Positions 26,469-40,204 of a stretch of DNA of 64,000 bases are shown in pieces. The stretch comes from Eledone cirrhosa (Eukaryota). The notes under the pieces are model-generated. The model made no database searches. It saw only the letters and a list, made by a program, of their open reading frames with translations, and was not told the origin of the DNA. The position numbers and the translations under genes are program-made. Where the stretch lies: the NCBI GenBank assembly GCA_964016885.1, contig OZ024741.1, positions 95,294,001 to 95,358,000 of the forward strand, in the 5' to 3' direction. Each line of letters opens with the position of its first letter. The first letter of the stretch is position 1.

Positions 26469-26527
26469 TTTATCTGATGAAAGCACACCATAATTTGACT
26501 TGGTGTCCTTGAAATATGTATAATGAA
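26469..26527 (+). ncRNA. Type I minimal hammerhead ribozyme in a Penelope-like remnant (~26105-26775)
   Basis: tttat-CTGATGA-acacca/tggtgt stem II-GAAA-tatgtaTA-atgaa. Confidence 0.65.
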
Positions 26528-26774
26528 ATAAATATGGTTTTATAAATATAGTTTCCATTTGTTAATATCGTATTTTTAGTCCAATTATTTGTTGAGTGCT
26601 TTATATCAGTTATAAAAATATTTGCTTGTTGTATCCCAACAATTTAAATAGAACTTCTACATGTATATATATATATATATGTTTGATTACATTGAGCTAT
26701 ATCTTATACTGTCATTTCTCTAATACGACGAGTGTGTTTAACTCTAATGCACTCAAGTATTTTTATTTTTATCT

Positions 26775-26869
<95 letters not shown>

Positions 26870-26885
26870 ATATGTATATATATAT

Positions 26886-27762
26886 ATGATGCCTGCATAC
26901 GAACAGCAATGTTGCATGGCAGTGAGACCTGGGCATTGTGTGCAGAGGATATACACAGACTAGAGAGGAACGAAGCTTGCATGCTCCGCTGGATGTGTAA
27001 TAGTAATATACGTGAACGGCAAAGCGTAAACGAACTAAGGAAAAAATTAGAAATAAGAGGGATCAGATGTTGTTTACTCGAGAGAAGGCTACGTTGGTAT
27101 GGTCACGTGATGCGCATGAAAGATGATAGCTGTATAACAAAGTGCAGGGCAATAAAGATATAAATATATATAACGGAGTAGGCAGACCCAGAAAAACCTG
27201 GGACGAGCTGATAAATTCCGACCTCACACACTTACACCTCTCCAAGACAATGTCACTGGACCGAGACCTTTGGCGGTACTCAGTAATAGAGAAGACCCGC
27301 CTTACCTAAATACAAAGTAAAATCTACTACAGTCAGTAGGCATCTCTAACAAAATACACCCCCCCCCCCCACCCCATCCACACCGCCCCTTTCAATGTAA
27401 AGTTATGTTGGTGCCACAACATCCAGGCCGAAACAGATGAGATTGTGTAGGTGTCATGACAAAAAACACACAGTCCATGCTGTAATGTGGCCGTGTAGGC
27501 CCACACTGTAAATGTGGTTGGTGTTAGAAAGGGCATCCAGCTGTAGAAAACCCGCCAGACAGTCCACGCTGTAATGTGGCCGTGTAGGCAACACGGTAAA
27601 AGCCTCCCAGCCCCACACTGTAAATGTGGTTGGTGTTAGGAAGGGCATCCAGCTGTAGAAAACCTGCCAGACAGTCCTATGCGAGCAAGACAATCACTCT
27701 TGCCTCAAGTGGGAAAACCCCCGTCCAAATCCATGCAAGCGTGGAACACGGACGTTAAACGT

Positions 27763-27795
<33 letters not shown>
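26886..27795 (+). mobile_element. RTE LINE 3' fragment (family B)
   Basis: [16 protein letters not shown]...RRLRWYGH; 3' UTR with the duplicated block; (ATG)n. Confidence 0.9.
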
Positions 27796-27796
<1 letters not shown>

Positions 27797-27797
27797 A

Positions 27798-27860
<63 letters not shown>

Positions 27861-27862
<2 letters not shown>

Positions 27863-28195
27863 AGGCACATGGCTTAGTGGTTAGAGCATTGGCCTTGCAA
27901 TCGAAAGGTTGTGAGTTCAATTCTCAGACCGGGTGATGTGTTGTTTCCTTGAGCAAGACACTTTATTTCACATTGCTCCAGTTTACTCAGCTGTAGAAAT
28001 GAAATGGTAGGGACTGGGGTCCATATCATTCCACTGCAAAGTGGTCGTGGAGGTGTCACGGCAAAAAGGCACCCAGCACTCACTGTAAATGAGGTTGGTG
28101 TTAGGAAGGGCATCCAGCTGTAGAAATCAAGCCAGAATCAGTTCCCGTCCCACCCTTGCAAGCAGGGAAAAGCGGACGTAAAATGATGAAAATGA

Positions 28196-28198
<3 letters not shown>
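27861..28198 (+). mobile_element. CORE-type tRNA SINE, full length
   Basis: Near-identical to 2786-3129. Confidence 0.9.
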
Positions 28199-28231
<33 letters not shown>

Positions 28232-28236
<5 letters not shown>

Positions 28237-28810
28237 CAATAGTAATATACGTGAACGGCTAAGCATAAACCAACTAAGGAAAAAATGAGAAAAAATTAGA
28301 AATAAGAGGGATCAGATGTTGTTTACTCGAGAGAAGGCTACGTTGGTATGGTCACGTGATGCGCATGAAAGACGACAGCTGTATAACAAAGTGCAGGGCA
28401 ATAAAGATAGACGGTAGCCATGGAGTAGACAGACCCAGAAAAACCTGGGACGACATGATAAATTCTGACCCCACACGCTTACACCTCTCCAAGACAATGT
28501 CACTGGACCGAGACCATTGGTGGTACTCAGTAATAGAGAAGACCCGCCTTACCTAAACACAAAGTAAAACCTACTACAGTCAGTAGGCATCTCTATCAAA
28601 ATGTGGCCGTGTAGGCAACACGGTAAAAACCTCCCAGCCCCACACTGTAAATGTGGTTGGTGTTAGGAAGGGCATCCAGCTGTAGAAAACCCGCCAGACA
28701 GTCCTATGCGAGCAAGACAACCACTCTTGCCTCAAGTGGGAAAACCCCCGTCCAAACCCATGCAAGCGTGGAACACGGACGTTAAACGTTGATGATGATG
28801 ATGATGGTGA
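28232..28810 (+). mobile_element. RTE LINE 3' fragment (family B) with an internal 3' UTR deletion
   Basis: MRMKDDSCITKCRAIKIDG...RPRKTWDD; deletion near 28600. Confidence 0.88.
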
Positions 28811-28823
28811 TATGTATATGTAT

Positions 28824-28874
<51 letters not shown>

Positions 28875-29047
28875 GTATATATATATGTATATATATATGT
28901 ATATATATATGTATATAAATATGTATATATATATGTATATATATGTATATATATATGTGTATATATATATGTGTATATATATATGTATATATATATATGT
29001 ATATATATCTATGTATATATATATGTATATATATATATATATATATG

Positions 29048-29092
<45 letters not shown>

Positions 29093-29217
29093 GTATATAT
29101 ATATATGTATATATATATGTATATATATATATGTATATATATATGTATATATATCTATGTATATATATATGTATATATATATATGTATATATATGTATAT
29201 ATATATGTATATATATG

Positions 29218-29252
<35 letters not shown>

Positions 29253-29263
29253 GTATATGTATA

Positions 29264-29298
<35 letters not shown>

Positions 29299-29625
29299 AT
29301 ATATATGTATATATATATGTATATATATGTATATGTATATATATATGTATATATATGTATATGTATATATATATGTATGTATATGTATATATATATGTAT
29401 ATATATATGTATATATATATATATATATATATGTATATGTATATATATATGTATATGTATATATATATGTATATATATATGTATATGTATATATGTATAT
29501 GTGTATATATATGTATATGTGTATATATATGTATATGTATATATATATATATGTATGTATATATATATGTTTGTATATATATATGTATATATATATGTAT
29601 ATATATATGTATGTATATATATATG

Positions 29626-29658
<33 letters not shown>

Positions 29659-29675
29659 GTATGTATATATATATG

Positions 29676-29728
<53 letters not shown>

Positions 29729-29733
29729 GTATA

Positions 29734-29778
<45 letters not shown>

Positions 29779-29812
29779 GTATGTATATATATATGTATAT
29801 ATATATATATAT
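28811..29812. repeat. ~1 kb (AT)n/(ATGT) microsatellite
   Basis: Direct reading. Confidence 0.97.
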
Positions 29813-30219
<407 letters not shown>

Positions 30220-30254
30220 ATACATATATATATGTGTATATATATATACGTGTG

Positions 30255-30285
<31 letters not shown>

Positions 30286-30302
30286 GTGTATATATATATA
30301 TA

Positions 30303-30343
<41 letters not shown>

Positions 30344-30563
30344 TAAGGGCAGCAGCAACGAACTCCCTCTTGCACCAGTGGCCAACCAATACAGGCTGGA
30401 GATAAAATGTGTTCATTTAGTAAATGTGTTCAGCGCATCGGTAGGGGTTCTCCTACATGGATATAAAGTAGTGGCCGTACTCGAAAACGAGTTGGCAGCC
30501 ACCATATATATATGTATGTATATATATATGTATGTATATATATATATATAAGTATATATATAT

Positions 30564-30612
<49 letters not shown>

Positions 30613-30628
30613 TATGTATATATGTATG

Positions 30629-31183
30629 TCTCATGTTCGGGTTGTTGGCGACTAAACTGGCAACCCCACCAAGGTTTCTTGGTGAGGAGGGTGACTTTGG
30701 ACATCCTGCAGGACTAAAAACAAAACCTGTCAAAGGGCAAAGGAGCTCTTAAGAGTCAATGGCCATCCAAAACCACCAGGAGAGATGACCCCTTAGCCTT
30801 TGTCAAGGCAGAATTCTAGGAGAAGGAAAACTCTGATATAACACCTGCAACCCTGATGCTATCCAATGATGTTGACTTGTTATTCTTTTTGGTAAATATC
30901 ATCTTGGTTAAGAGAGTGGGACTGGCTTTGTGCAGTGCCTTTGCTCACTATAAAAGCTTCACGGCACAGGCATTGCTTTATATCTGGAGATCTCTCTGCA
31001 CTTGTCGTCACATGGTGCCATGGGCCCAGCACTATGTGTCAACAATTGTCACAGGTGTAGTGTTTGTACCAGAGTTTTCAAGTCGCTGACTGGACTAAAA
31101 AGTCACACTTGTTTAGCGCATTGGTAGGGGTTCTACATGGATATAAAGTACTGGCCGTACTCGAAAACAAGTTGGCAGCCACC
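30629..31183 (+). mobile_element. Probable internally deleted RTE element (5' UTR-like part plus C-terminal C2H2 finger and 3' end)
   Basis: CTAGGAGAAGGAAAACTCTGA motif; [23 protein letters not shown] at 31056-31127; 3' end repeated at 30427-30503. Confidence 0.6.
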
Positions 31184-31300
31184 ATATATGTATGTATATA
31201 TATATGTATGTATATATGAATGTATATATGTATGTATATATATATATATGTATATGTATGTATATATATATGTATGTATATATATATATGTATGTATATA

Positions 31301-31580
31301 TCATCATCATCATCATCGTTTAACGTCCATGTTCCACGCTTGCATGGGTTTGGACGGGAGTTTTCCCACTTGAGGCAAGAGTGGTTGTCTTGCTCGCATA
31401 GGACTATCTGGCGGGTTTTCTACAGTTGGATGCCCTTCCTAACACCAACCACATTTACAGTGTGGGACTGGGAGGTTTTTACCGTGTTGCCTACACGGCC
31501 ACATTACAGCGTGGACTGTGTGTTTTTTTGTCGTGACACCTACACGATCTCATTTGTTTCGGCCTGGATATTGTGGCACC
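31301..31580 (-). mobile_element. RTE family B 3' UTR fragment
   Basis: Aligns with 12216-12510. Confidence 0.88.
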
Positions 31581-31616
<36 letters not shown>

Positions 31617-31695
31617 GTATGTATATATATATATATGTACATATGTATGTATATATATATATATATGTATGTATATATATATATGTATATATATG

Positions 31696-31740
<45 letters not shown>

Positions 31741-32341
31741 ATATATGTATATATATGTATGTATATATATATATATATATGTATATATATGTATGTATAT
31801 ATATATCAAATGTATATAAAATTAAAATTGGCGTTGTTAACTTAGATAGATTTACAAATAACCAGAAACATTTAGTGAAGTGTGTGTATGTGTGTGGAGG
31901 ACTCCATACTGATAGTAGAGGGAAATAATTATACATCCGGCATTGATTGGGGGGCTCTGAGAGTGTTTAAACTGAAACTTAGAGTTCCAGTTAATCCAAG
32001 ACGAATGACATGCGTACAGACACACACACATATATATTCATATTATATATACACACATATATATATACAGTCTGATGGACCTGTGATGAACAGGTGAAAG
32101 TCCAGAGTAACAAGACTCACTTTTAAGCCTTAACATAAATGATTATTAAAACCCTACTTCGGTATTGAGTACTCTTTCAGCTGTCAACCTCATATGTATA
32201 TTACTTTATTAACAGGTGGCTTTTCCCTGACTAAATATATCACTTCTGAATGAAATAAAATAAATCCCTGCTCTACCTGATGTATTGAGTACCTTTCTTT
32301 AATTATATCTCCCTTCCATTCTCTAACTAAACATCACTCTA

Positions 32342-32379
<38 letters not shown>

Positions 32380-33974
32380 GCAGAGAGAGAGCGAGAGGGG
32401 AAAGAAGAGGGAGAGAAATGTGTGTTACTTTTTCCCAAAATTCACGGAAACCATTCCGACTAAAGATTTTGTAGAGAATTTTTTTATAGAACAGTAATGA
32501 ATAAAATTTAAAAAACAAACAAGCAAAAGACTCAAAGGATCAACAACTGTGTAGGTATATGTTTATCTGTGTGTGTGTGCCTATATACACAACACTATAT
32601 ATCTTAACAATGTTGGTGGCAGGTGATACATGTGAAAACAAAAGGTGAGATAAATAGGAGTGCAGTAGATATTTTAGCCTGAGAACAAACAGGAAGTGAG
32701 AAAGTTCTAGTGACTCAATGAGCATGGTAAAGGTATGTTAAAAACTTAAAAGATGGCCTCCCTCTGCTTTCCCAGACATCTAAAGATGTATACAGGTGAA
32801 TATATAAGCTGGACTGCCAGCCCAGCTAGCTTGCTAGCTAGCTATCATGTCTTCTTTCAATGGAGAGAATTTACCTGCTCAGGTGTGTCCTCACTTAGCT
32901 ATGTCTGAAGCTTCATCAATTTTTTACTCCCTCTCTTTATCTTTCTCACTCTTTCTCTCTCCTTCCTCCTCCTCCTCTCACTGGGCAGCTGTCACTGCTA
33001 AAAAGTTTCAGAAGTAATTGGTTATCGTAACAGTAGTAATAGTAGTTGTTGTGATAGTGGTAGTAGTAGTAGTTGTTGTAGTCGGAGCAGCAGTAGCAGT
33101 AGCTGCAGTAGTATTGGCAGCGGTGGTGGTGGTGGTGTTGTTGTTGATGGTGGTGGCGGTGGTGGCTATAAACAAGGAATAACATTTGTTGAGAACAGCT
33201 CACTTCTTTACTTTGTCTGCTTATATGGATACCTCGAACTTTACATCATGGTGGGTCTGACTTTTAATTCTTCATTTGTGTTCAAATTTCTATAAGTTCT
33301 GCATATTGAGATGGTTTATTTATTTTTTTTCTCCATATTTTTTCTTTTCTTTTCTATCTATTCTCCCCCACCCACCCTTTCTTGTGAATCTGTAGAAGTG
33401 GCGGTATTTTCATATTTCTTCAAGTTTTGAATTTATAATTTGTTTGATGTATTTTTGTGTGGGACGGTTAGATTTGGTTTGATAAATTTTGTCAAAATCT
33501 AGGAATCTTAGAATTATTGTCTTCCCACCTATTCTAATTCTTCATACACACTCACACCTACATACGTAATCACATACATAAATGTACACATACATGTATG
33601 CACACATATATTTCTTCCATGTATATAGTTATATTAAATGCAATATGCTACCTTTTCATTGAAAAATTTCATTGAAAGTTGCAACTATTAAATATATAAA
33701 TATTTTTTAATATGTCATTTAAAAAATAATAATAATTATAATTTCTTTTCTTTTAATTCTTTAATTTTCCAAAAAGTTTCCATTATATATTATCAATTAT
33801 CATTTTGGAATGGCACCCCACTCCAAAGCTTTTCAAAATCGTTCGAAATGTTTTATTAATTTTCTTAAATTTCTTTACAGTATATTTATATTCTTTATTT
33901 ACTGTGTACACACACACACACACACACATGTGTGTTTATATATTCACATTGTAAGCATTATTTCTCCCCCCCCC

Positions 33975-34146
33975 AGTATCGGTAGAGGGTCGGACGCCAT
34001 GCTTTGATGCATAGAGTTACGGCCCTTGCTATTCTGAGTTCAAATCCCGCCGAGGTTAACTTTGCCTTTCATCCTTACGGGGTCGATAAAATAAAGTACC
34101 AGTAATGTACTGGGTAATTTCTGGCCTTGTGCCAATAGTAGAAACA
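33975..34146 (+). mobile_element. Meta-like tRNA SINE with target-site duplication
   Basis: Same family as 21066; flanked on both sides by ATTATTTCTCCCCCCCC. Confidence 0.85.
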
Positions 34147-35745
34147 ATTATTTCTCCCCCCCCCCCCCCCTCATTCCAATCTCGGTTTTCATTCTTATTT
34201 TTTTTTAAATAATTCCGGTTAACAACGTTCCATACAGTTTCAATATTAATTCATTTAAAATTAAATTTTAAAGATTGATCTTTAAAAAGGATTTCATTTT
34301 TTAAAGATTTTATTATTATTATTATCATTATTATTTTTGTTGTTGTTACCACTACTACTACTACTACTACTACTACACCCTGGAATTTTTTTTCACTTCA
34401 TTGTTCTAGGTGTTAACAGGTTCTGAGTTCTTCGGCTTTTTTTTCTTTTTTTTTCTTTTTACTGTTGAAGTTTTAGATTTTTTTAAAATATTTATTTTTA
34501 AAACTTACCTGTAAACTATTCAGGTATTAGAAGAAGAAGAAAAAAAAGCAGTTGAGTTTAAAAAGTTATTCCTAAACCTTTTGATATCAACATTACCTGG
34601 TTGTATCATAGAGAACATCACATTTAAAAGTGTTCATATTAAATTAAAACCTTCCACCATTATGTTATGTAAGAACTTTTTGTAAAAAAGATAAGTGAAA
34701 TATTATATGAATATACCAATAATAAATGTAAAAGTTATATTCTACTGAATCCCTCCAAATTCTTTATTATTTCCCAAATTAACTGAAACTTGTAGATTGT
34801 ATACGAAAGAAGAAATATAGTCACGAGAGTATTTCAAATCTTCTTTCTACATTTCTGTTCTGTAATAAAAACTTTTGGGCACCCTCCTGCCCCTGAATGT
34901 AGCTAGTAGTATTTAGTATTTTTTAAAAAATTATATTTTCTCTTGTCTGTTATTCTTTACCTCACCTCTACCACCACAACCACCACCACTATTTAACAGT
35001 CTGTGATGGTGGCAGGTTTTAAAGTTACATATCTATGTATGTAAGTGGTTATTTTTTTAAAATTTGGTGAATCCATGAGGAGACTAACTCAGGTGTTGTT
35101 ACTCCAGAGGTCATATTGACACCTTTGATTGGCTTAATTAATGTCTTTTAGGACATCAGTACTAATATATTAGTACTCTCTCAATGTCTTCGTGGCACTG
35201 GGGAGGAGAGAACCCCTATAAAACCTTATTTTCTTCAACATCTTTGTATGATGAATAAGATTCTATAATTTTATGAAATGAGTATCCAAACATACTTGGA
35301 TTTTCTTTTGTTTCTTTTTTTTGTTTTATTTTTTCCATATATTTTTTTAAATATATGTTTTAGAATGAATGATTTTGACACTAACATGTGTTGAACATGA
35401 AGCTGCCTCCACTAAAGTATACTCAGATTTACATAGTAGTCAGCTACTTGCACACATGAGTCTGCATAACCTGCATGCACAGAGACACACACACACGTCC
35501 CATACCTGAACTTTGGCATAGATATTAATGAGTCTCACTGTAATGGAAAGTCATTTTATTAATAAGAAACTCATGTTTATGTCTGAGGGAGGATAACATG
35601 GTCTAATATTTCATGCAGGACCATTCTTTTGCAATCACAGAAAAACATTAGTTTCGTCTTACTCTGCTTGTTTGTATTCCTTTTTTTATTTTTGGTTGTA
35701 GTAAATTGGACTTTAGCATGTGTTTCAGTCTCTCCTTCTCCCCCT

Positions 35746-35781
<36 letters not shown>

Positions 35782-35788
<7 letters not shown>

Positions 35789-35995
35789 TTCAAAATATTA
35801 ATAAATATAGACATTCAACATAATCAAAATATATTATATTATATATATTTCGGAGGTACTGTGCTGTTTTTCCAGTACGTCCTCCTTCTGATGAGCACGT
35901 ACTGATAAAACAGCACAGTACCTCTGAAATATATATAATATAATATATTTTGATTATGTTGAATGTCTATATTTATTAATATTTTGAATTAATAT
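35782..35995. repeat. Fold-back with 99-bp arms and a truncated hammerhead core
   Basis: 16-nt spacer containing CTGATGA (35888-35894); gtactg/cagtac stem, then GAAA tatatata. Confidence 0.85.
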
Positions 35996-36083
35996 TAATA
36001 ACTCCAGAAAACTTTTACTGTTGAGTGCTTCTATTGTAAAACTATATTCATTGATTAATCAATGAACCTTGTTTAACTTTTGG

Positions 36084-36127
<44 letters not shown>

Positions 36128-36251
36128 ATGTGTGCATATATGTATACGCACACACATACATAGATACATGTGTGTGTGTATATATATATATATACAAACA
36201 CAGAGAGAGATATGTTTAAAATATATATTATATTATATATGTATGTAGCCC

Positions 36252-36282
<31 letters not shown>

Positions 36283-36457
36283 ACTTCTCTCATATTTTAT
36301 TAGCAGTTTCCATCTCTTTTTTATCTAATGTTATTTAAATACTCAGTTGCTTGTTGAAGTATTTGGTTCTTTTTTATTTATAATGTCTGTTTTGCTAAAT
36401 AATCTATCAAGTGGAAACAAAAATGTTCTTCATTATAAAGATCTCATTCATGTGAAA

Positions 36458-36682
36458 TTAACCCTATCATTACCATATTTATTATAAAATACACTGCTAA
36501 TGTGTTTCAATTAATTTTGCAACCAATAAACAATTTATCAGAAATTAGTGCAATAGCAAAGTCTTTCATTAGTAAGCCGGAACATTTCATACACTGTTAG
36601 GGTTTTTAATGTTATCTTTCAAACAAGCAGTTTATAATTGTAGAATCACGGGCAGTTTCAGGAGGTTTGTTATTAAAGGGTT
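36458..36682 (+). mobile_element. Old piggyBac-type MITE (family 2)
   Basis: TTAACCCT...AAAGGGTTA ends; related copies at ~45982-46230 and ~46493-46731. Confidence 0.5.
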
Positions 36683-37011
36683 AGGTTGTTAAATACAGTG
36701 TGTGTCCCCAAAATGTATACACACTTCAACAGCCCCCCCCCCCCCCCCCCCCCCAAAAAAAATGCATTAAATTAAATGATTTATATGCATTATTTCAATT
36801 ATGTAAACATTTTGGGGTGTTTACATACATTTTCTTGGAATACCGTGTGTGTGTGGGGGGGGGGGGGGGAGAGGGGTGATCTACATACATATATGATATA
36901 TAGATATTTTAAACATCTCTCTCTCTCTCTCTCTCTATGATATATATATATATCATCATCATTGATTAACGTCTATCTTCCACGCTAGCATGGGTTAGAC
37001 AGGTTTGTTTC

Positions 37012-37041
<30 letters not shown>

Positions 37042-37043
<2 letters not shown>

Positions 37044-37124
37044 GATGTTACTGGAGACAGTATCTTTGGATGCATACATGGACATAATAAAAAAAAAAGT
37101 TTGTAAATCAACAACAGGTAAAGA

Positions 37125-37180
<56 letters not shown>

Positions 37181-37265
37181 GTTCTTTATCTGTTGTTGAT
37201 TTACAAACTTTTTTTTTTATTATGTCCATGTATGCATCCAAAGATACTGTCTCCAGTAACATCAT
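37042..37265. repeat. Inverted repeat (~88-bp arms) centred on an (AT)n tract
   Basis: ATGATGTTACTGGAGACAG... / ...CTGTCTCCAGTAACATCAT with 2 mismatches. Confidence 0.92.
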
Positions 37266-37274
37266 GGTAGTTGT

Positions 37275-37687
37275 AATAATAATAATGGTTTCTGATTTAA
37301 GCACAAGGCCAGCAATTTTGGGGGAAGAGAAAGTCGATTAGATTGACCCAAGTGCATTACTGGTACTTTATTTTATCGATCCCGTAAGGATGAACGGCAA
37401 AGTTAACTTCGGCGGGATTTGAACTCAGACCGTAAAGGGCTGTAACTATGCTGAAAAGTATGGCGTCCGACCCTCCACCGATATTGCCAATAATAATAAT
37501 AATTGTTTCTACTTTAGGCACAAGGCCAGCAATTACCCAGTGCATTACTGGTACTTTATTTTATCGACCCCGTAAGGATGAAAGGCAAAGTAAACCTCGC
37601 CAGGATTTCAACTCAGATCGTAAAGGGCGTAACTATGCTGGAAAGCATGGCGTCCGGCCCTCTACCGATACTGCCAATCCACCGCCA
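37275..37687 (-). mobile_element. Two tandem Meta-like tRNA SINEs
   Basis: Each is the reverse complement of 21066-21252; joined through (AAT)n. Confidence 0.85.
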
Positions 37688-37699
37688 ATAATAATAATA

Positions 37700-37937
37700 A
37701 TGGTTTCATTTATTGGCCACAAGGGCTGACATGTAGAGGACAATACAAAAACAGACAAAATCGAGTAAAAATACACAATAACAAAAACAAACAAAAAATA
37801 TGACAAAATAAATTCCCCAATAGAGGGGCGATCTAACCAGGGGTGACTCAGGTACCCCACCAATCCTGAACCACCCGATGCTTTGCGGGCACCCATGAAG
37901 GGCACCCTCTCCTCCTCAAGTTAACCAGCCTACAGAT
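37700..37937 (-). mobile_element. Tx1/L1-like 3' UTR fragment
   Basis: Shares CCCTCTATTGGGGAA and CCTTGTGGC.AATAAA.GAAA with 1360-1603. Confidence 0.55.
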
Positions 37938-37939
37938 AA

Positions 37940-38710
37940 TAATAATTTCTAAAGATTTTTACAAGACAACATATATTATAGGGAGGGTATAGTGAATTAT
38001 ATTAACCTCATTTTTGACTAGTACTTATTTCAATTATTTTTAAAGAAGAAAGTCAAAGACAACAACTTATGGGATTTGAACTCAGAATGTAAAGGGATGC
38101 AATTAAGGCATTTAGTTAGCTGCTTCATTGATTCTGCCATCCTCTACCTATGTTTGAGTTAATAATAATAATTGTTTCTACTTTTGGTTCAAGGTCAGCA
38201 GTTTGATTAAATTGACCCCTGTACATGACTGTTACTCTATTTTATTGACTCCAGAATAAAAATCAAAGTTGACCTCTGCACAATTTGAAATGAGAATATA
38301 GAGGGCTGTAATGAAATACTGCAATGCATTTCATCCGACAAACTAAAATAGTAATAATAATAATAATAGGGTACTGCATATATCCTAAAAAAGTGCTGTC
38401 TATCTAACCTCCTTATTAAGACTTAACAGACAAGGGAAGACCCAGTGATCATCATATTTACTGTGTAAACCCTCAATAATAATAATAATCTTTAATTTAG
38501 GTACAAGGCCAACAGTTTGGGGAAAGGATTTAGTCTAATAAATCAACCCCAACACACAACTGGTATTTTATTTTATTGACCTTCCCCTTCCTCCTCTTAG
38601 TGATCAAAAATAAAGTTTCCTTGGTAGGATTCTAACTCAGAATGTAAAGAGATGGGAATAAATGCAACAAATCCTTTTTGTCCAACAGTGTAATGATTCT
38701 GCCAATCCAT
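37940..38710 (-). mobile_element. Cluster of three older degenerate Meta-like SINEs
   Basis: Repeated tail-domain-B box remnants separated by (AAT)n. Confidence 0.65.
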
Positions 38711-39138
38711 TCACTACCCTTGCACCATCTGTAATAAGGATTCCTTTTATTTCCCACAAGGACCTAAAACATTGGGGACAATAGATATGTTTATTTTCAG
38801 ATTTATGTTCTCACCTGCCAATAATATCATCTCCTCTCCTATCTCTAATATGTATGTATGGTCCTGTAACTTCTGATGGAGTTGTAGGGCACCGTATTGA
38901 CATACGGCATTTCTAGGGTATTTTAAACCTGGCTGAGCCCATTTCCTCTCCAGGCCTGAGTACAGCAAATTTCTTCCAAAGAAAGACAGAAAGTATGAGA
39001 GAAGAAAATGAGAAAGAGATATATCTACTAATATAAACTTCTCTACCTTTTCTACAGAAATACTACGGAGATAAAGGAAAGTAGAGTGCTCTATGTAGTG
39101 TACAGAGCTATTTAATTACATAATAAACAGCTCAATAT

Positions 39139-39218
39139 AATTATTCCATTACCAAAGGTTTCAAGAAACCAGACGATTCTTACAGAAACGTCTAGCCCGT
39201 TCATCAGATAGAATAATT
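39139..39218 (-). ncRNA. Type I hammerhead ribozyme
   Basis: Reverse complement: aattattctat-CTGATGA-ctagacg/cgtctgg stem II-GAAA-cctttgGTA-atggaataatt (11-bp stem I). Confidence 0.8.
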
Positions 39219-39480
39219 TAAAAAAATTATATATATATTTGTTTTAAATTTATGAGGTGTCATATACGCAGTGTGTGTGTGAACAATATTTTCTCTTACT
39301 GTTTTTATTTGTGTTGTGTGTTAGGATATGTTCAAGTTGTTGGGTGATTCTAAACTGCATACACACCATGCATTATATTATCCTATTTGGCTGTAGGAAT
39401 GGCAACAGAGATTGGGAATTATAACTGATTATATATCATCATCATCATCATTTAATGTTCATTCTCCCTATGTAGGTATG

Positions 39481-39511
<31 letters not shown>

Positions 39512-39797
39512 ATGTGTAAACACATACTTTGCACTAGTCAGGAATATTTTAATCAGCACAACTCCATAAATCATCGTAAAACCAGACAGGTAGTTATATA
39601 TATAGATAATAAATATAGATATGTCTGTTTTATATGCTGTTTGATTTAGCTTGGATTTGAGCTTGTCACCTAACTGACTGGTCTAAAAAAAATTCACTAT
39701 TGCAATTCTTAAATTTTTATATATTTTCTTTCACAGTTGGAATAAATTAATTGATTGTTCTTCAGGTTTCTTGTCAAACAGTAAATGAACAACATCG

Positions 39798-39832
<35 letters not shown>

Positions 39833-40011
39833 CGTCTAACCCATGCTAGCATGGAAGATGGATGTTAAACGATGATGATGATGATGATTATGATGATATA
39901 TATATATATATATAGGAGTAAGTAAGACCCCGACTAATTCTGTACTGAGTATTAAGTATTGAGTACTTTGGTGCGTTATGGTCCACCTGGTTCCTTACCA
40001 CTTTTCCTTCG

Positions 40012-40133
<122 letters not shown>

Positions 40134-40204
40134 GTTGTGTGTGTGTGTGTGTTTCTTATTCCTCAATGCTTCAAGCAAACTGCAACACTTTGATATATAT
40201 TTTG

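Noticed and set aside
31056-31127. Host C2H2 zinc-finger gene exon
   Set aside because: Single finger followed by a stop and a repeated retroelement-like 3' tail
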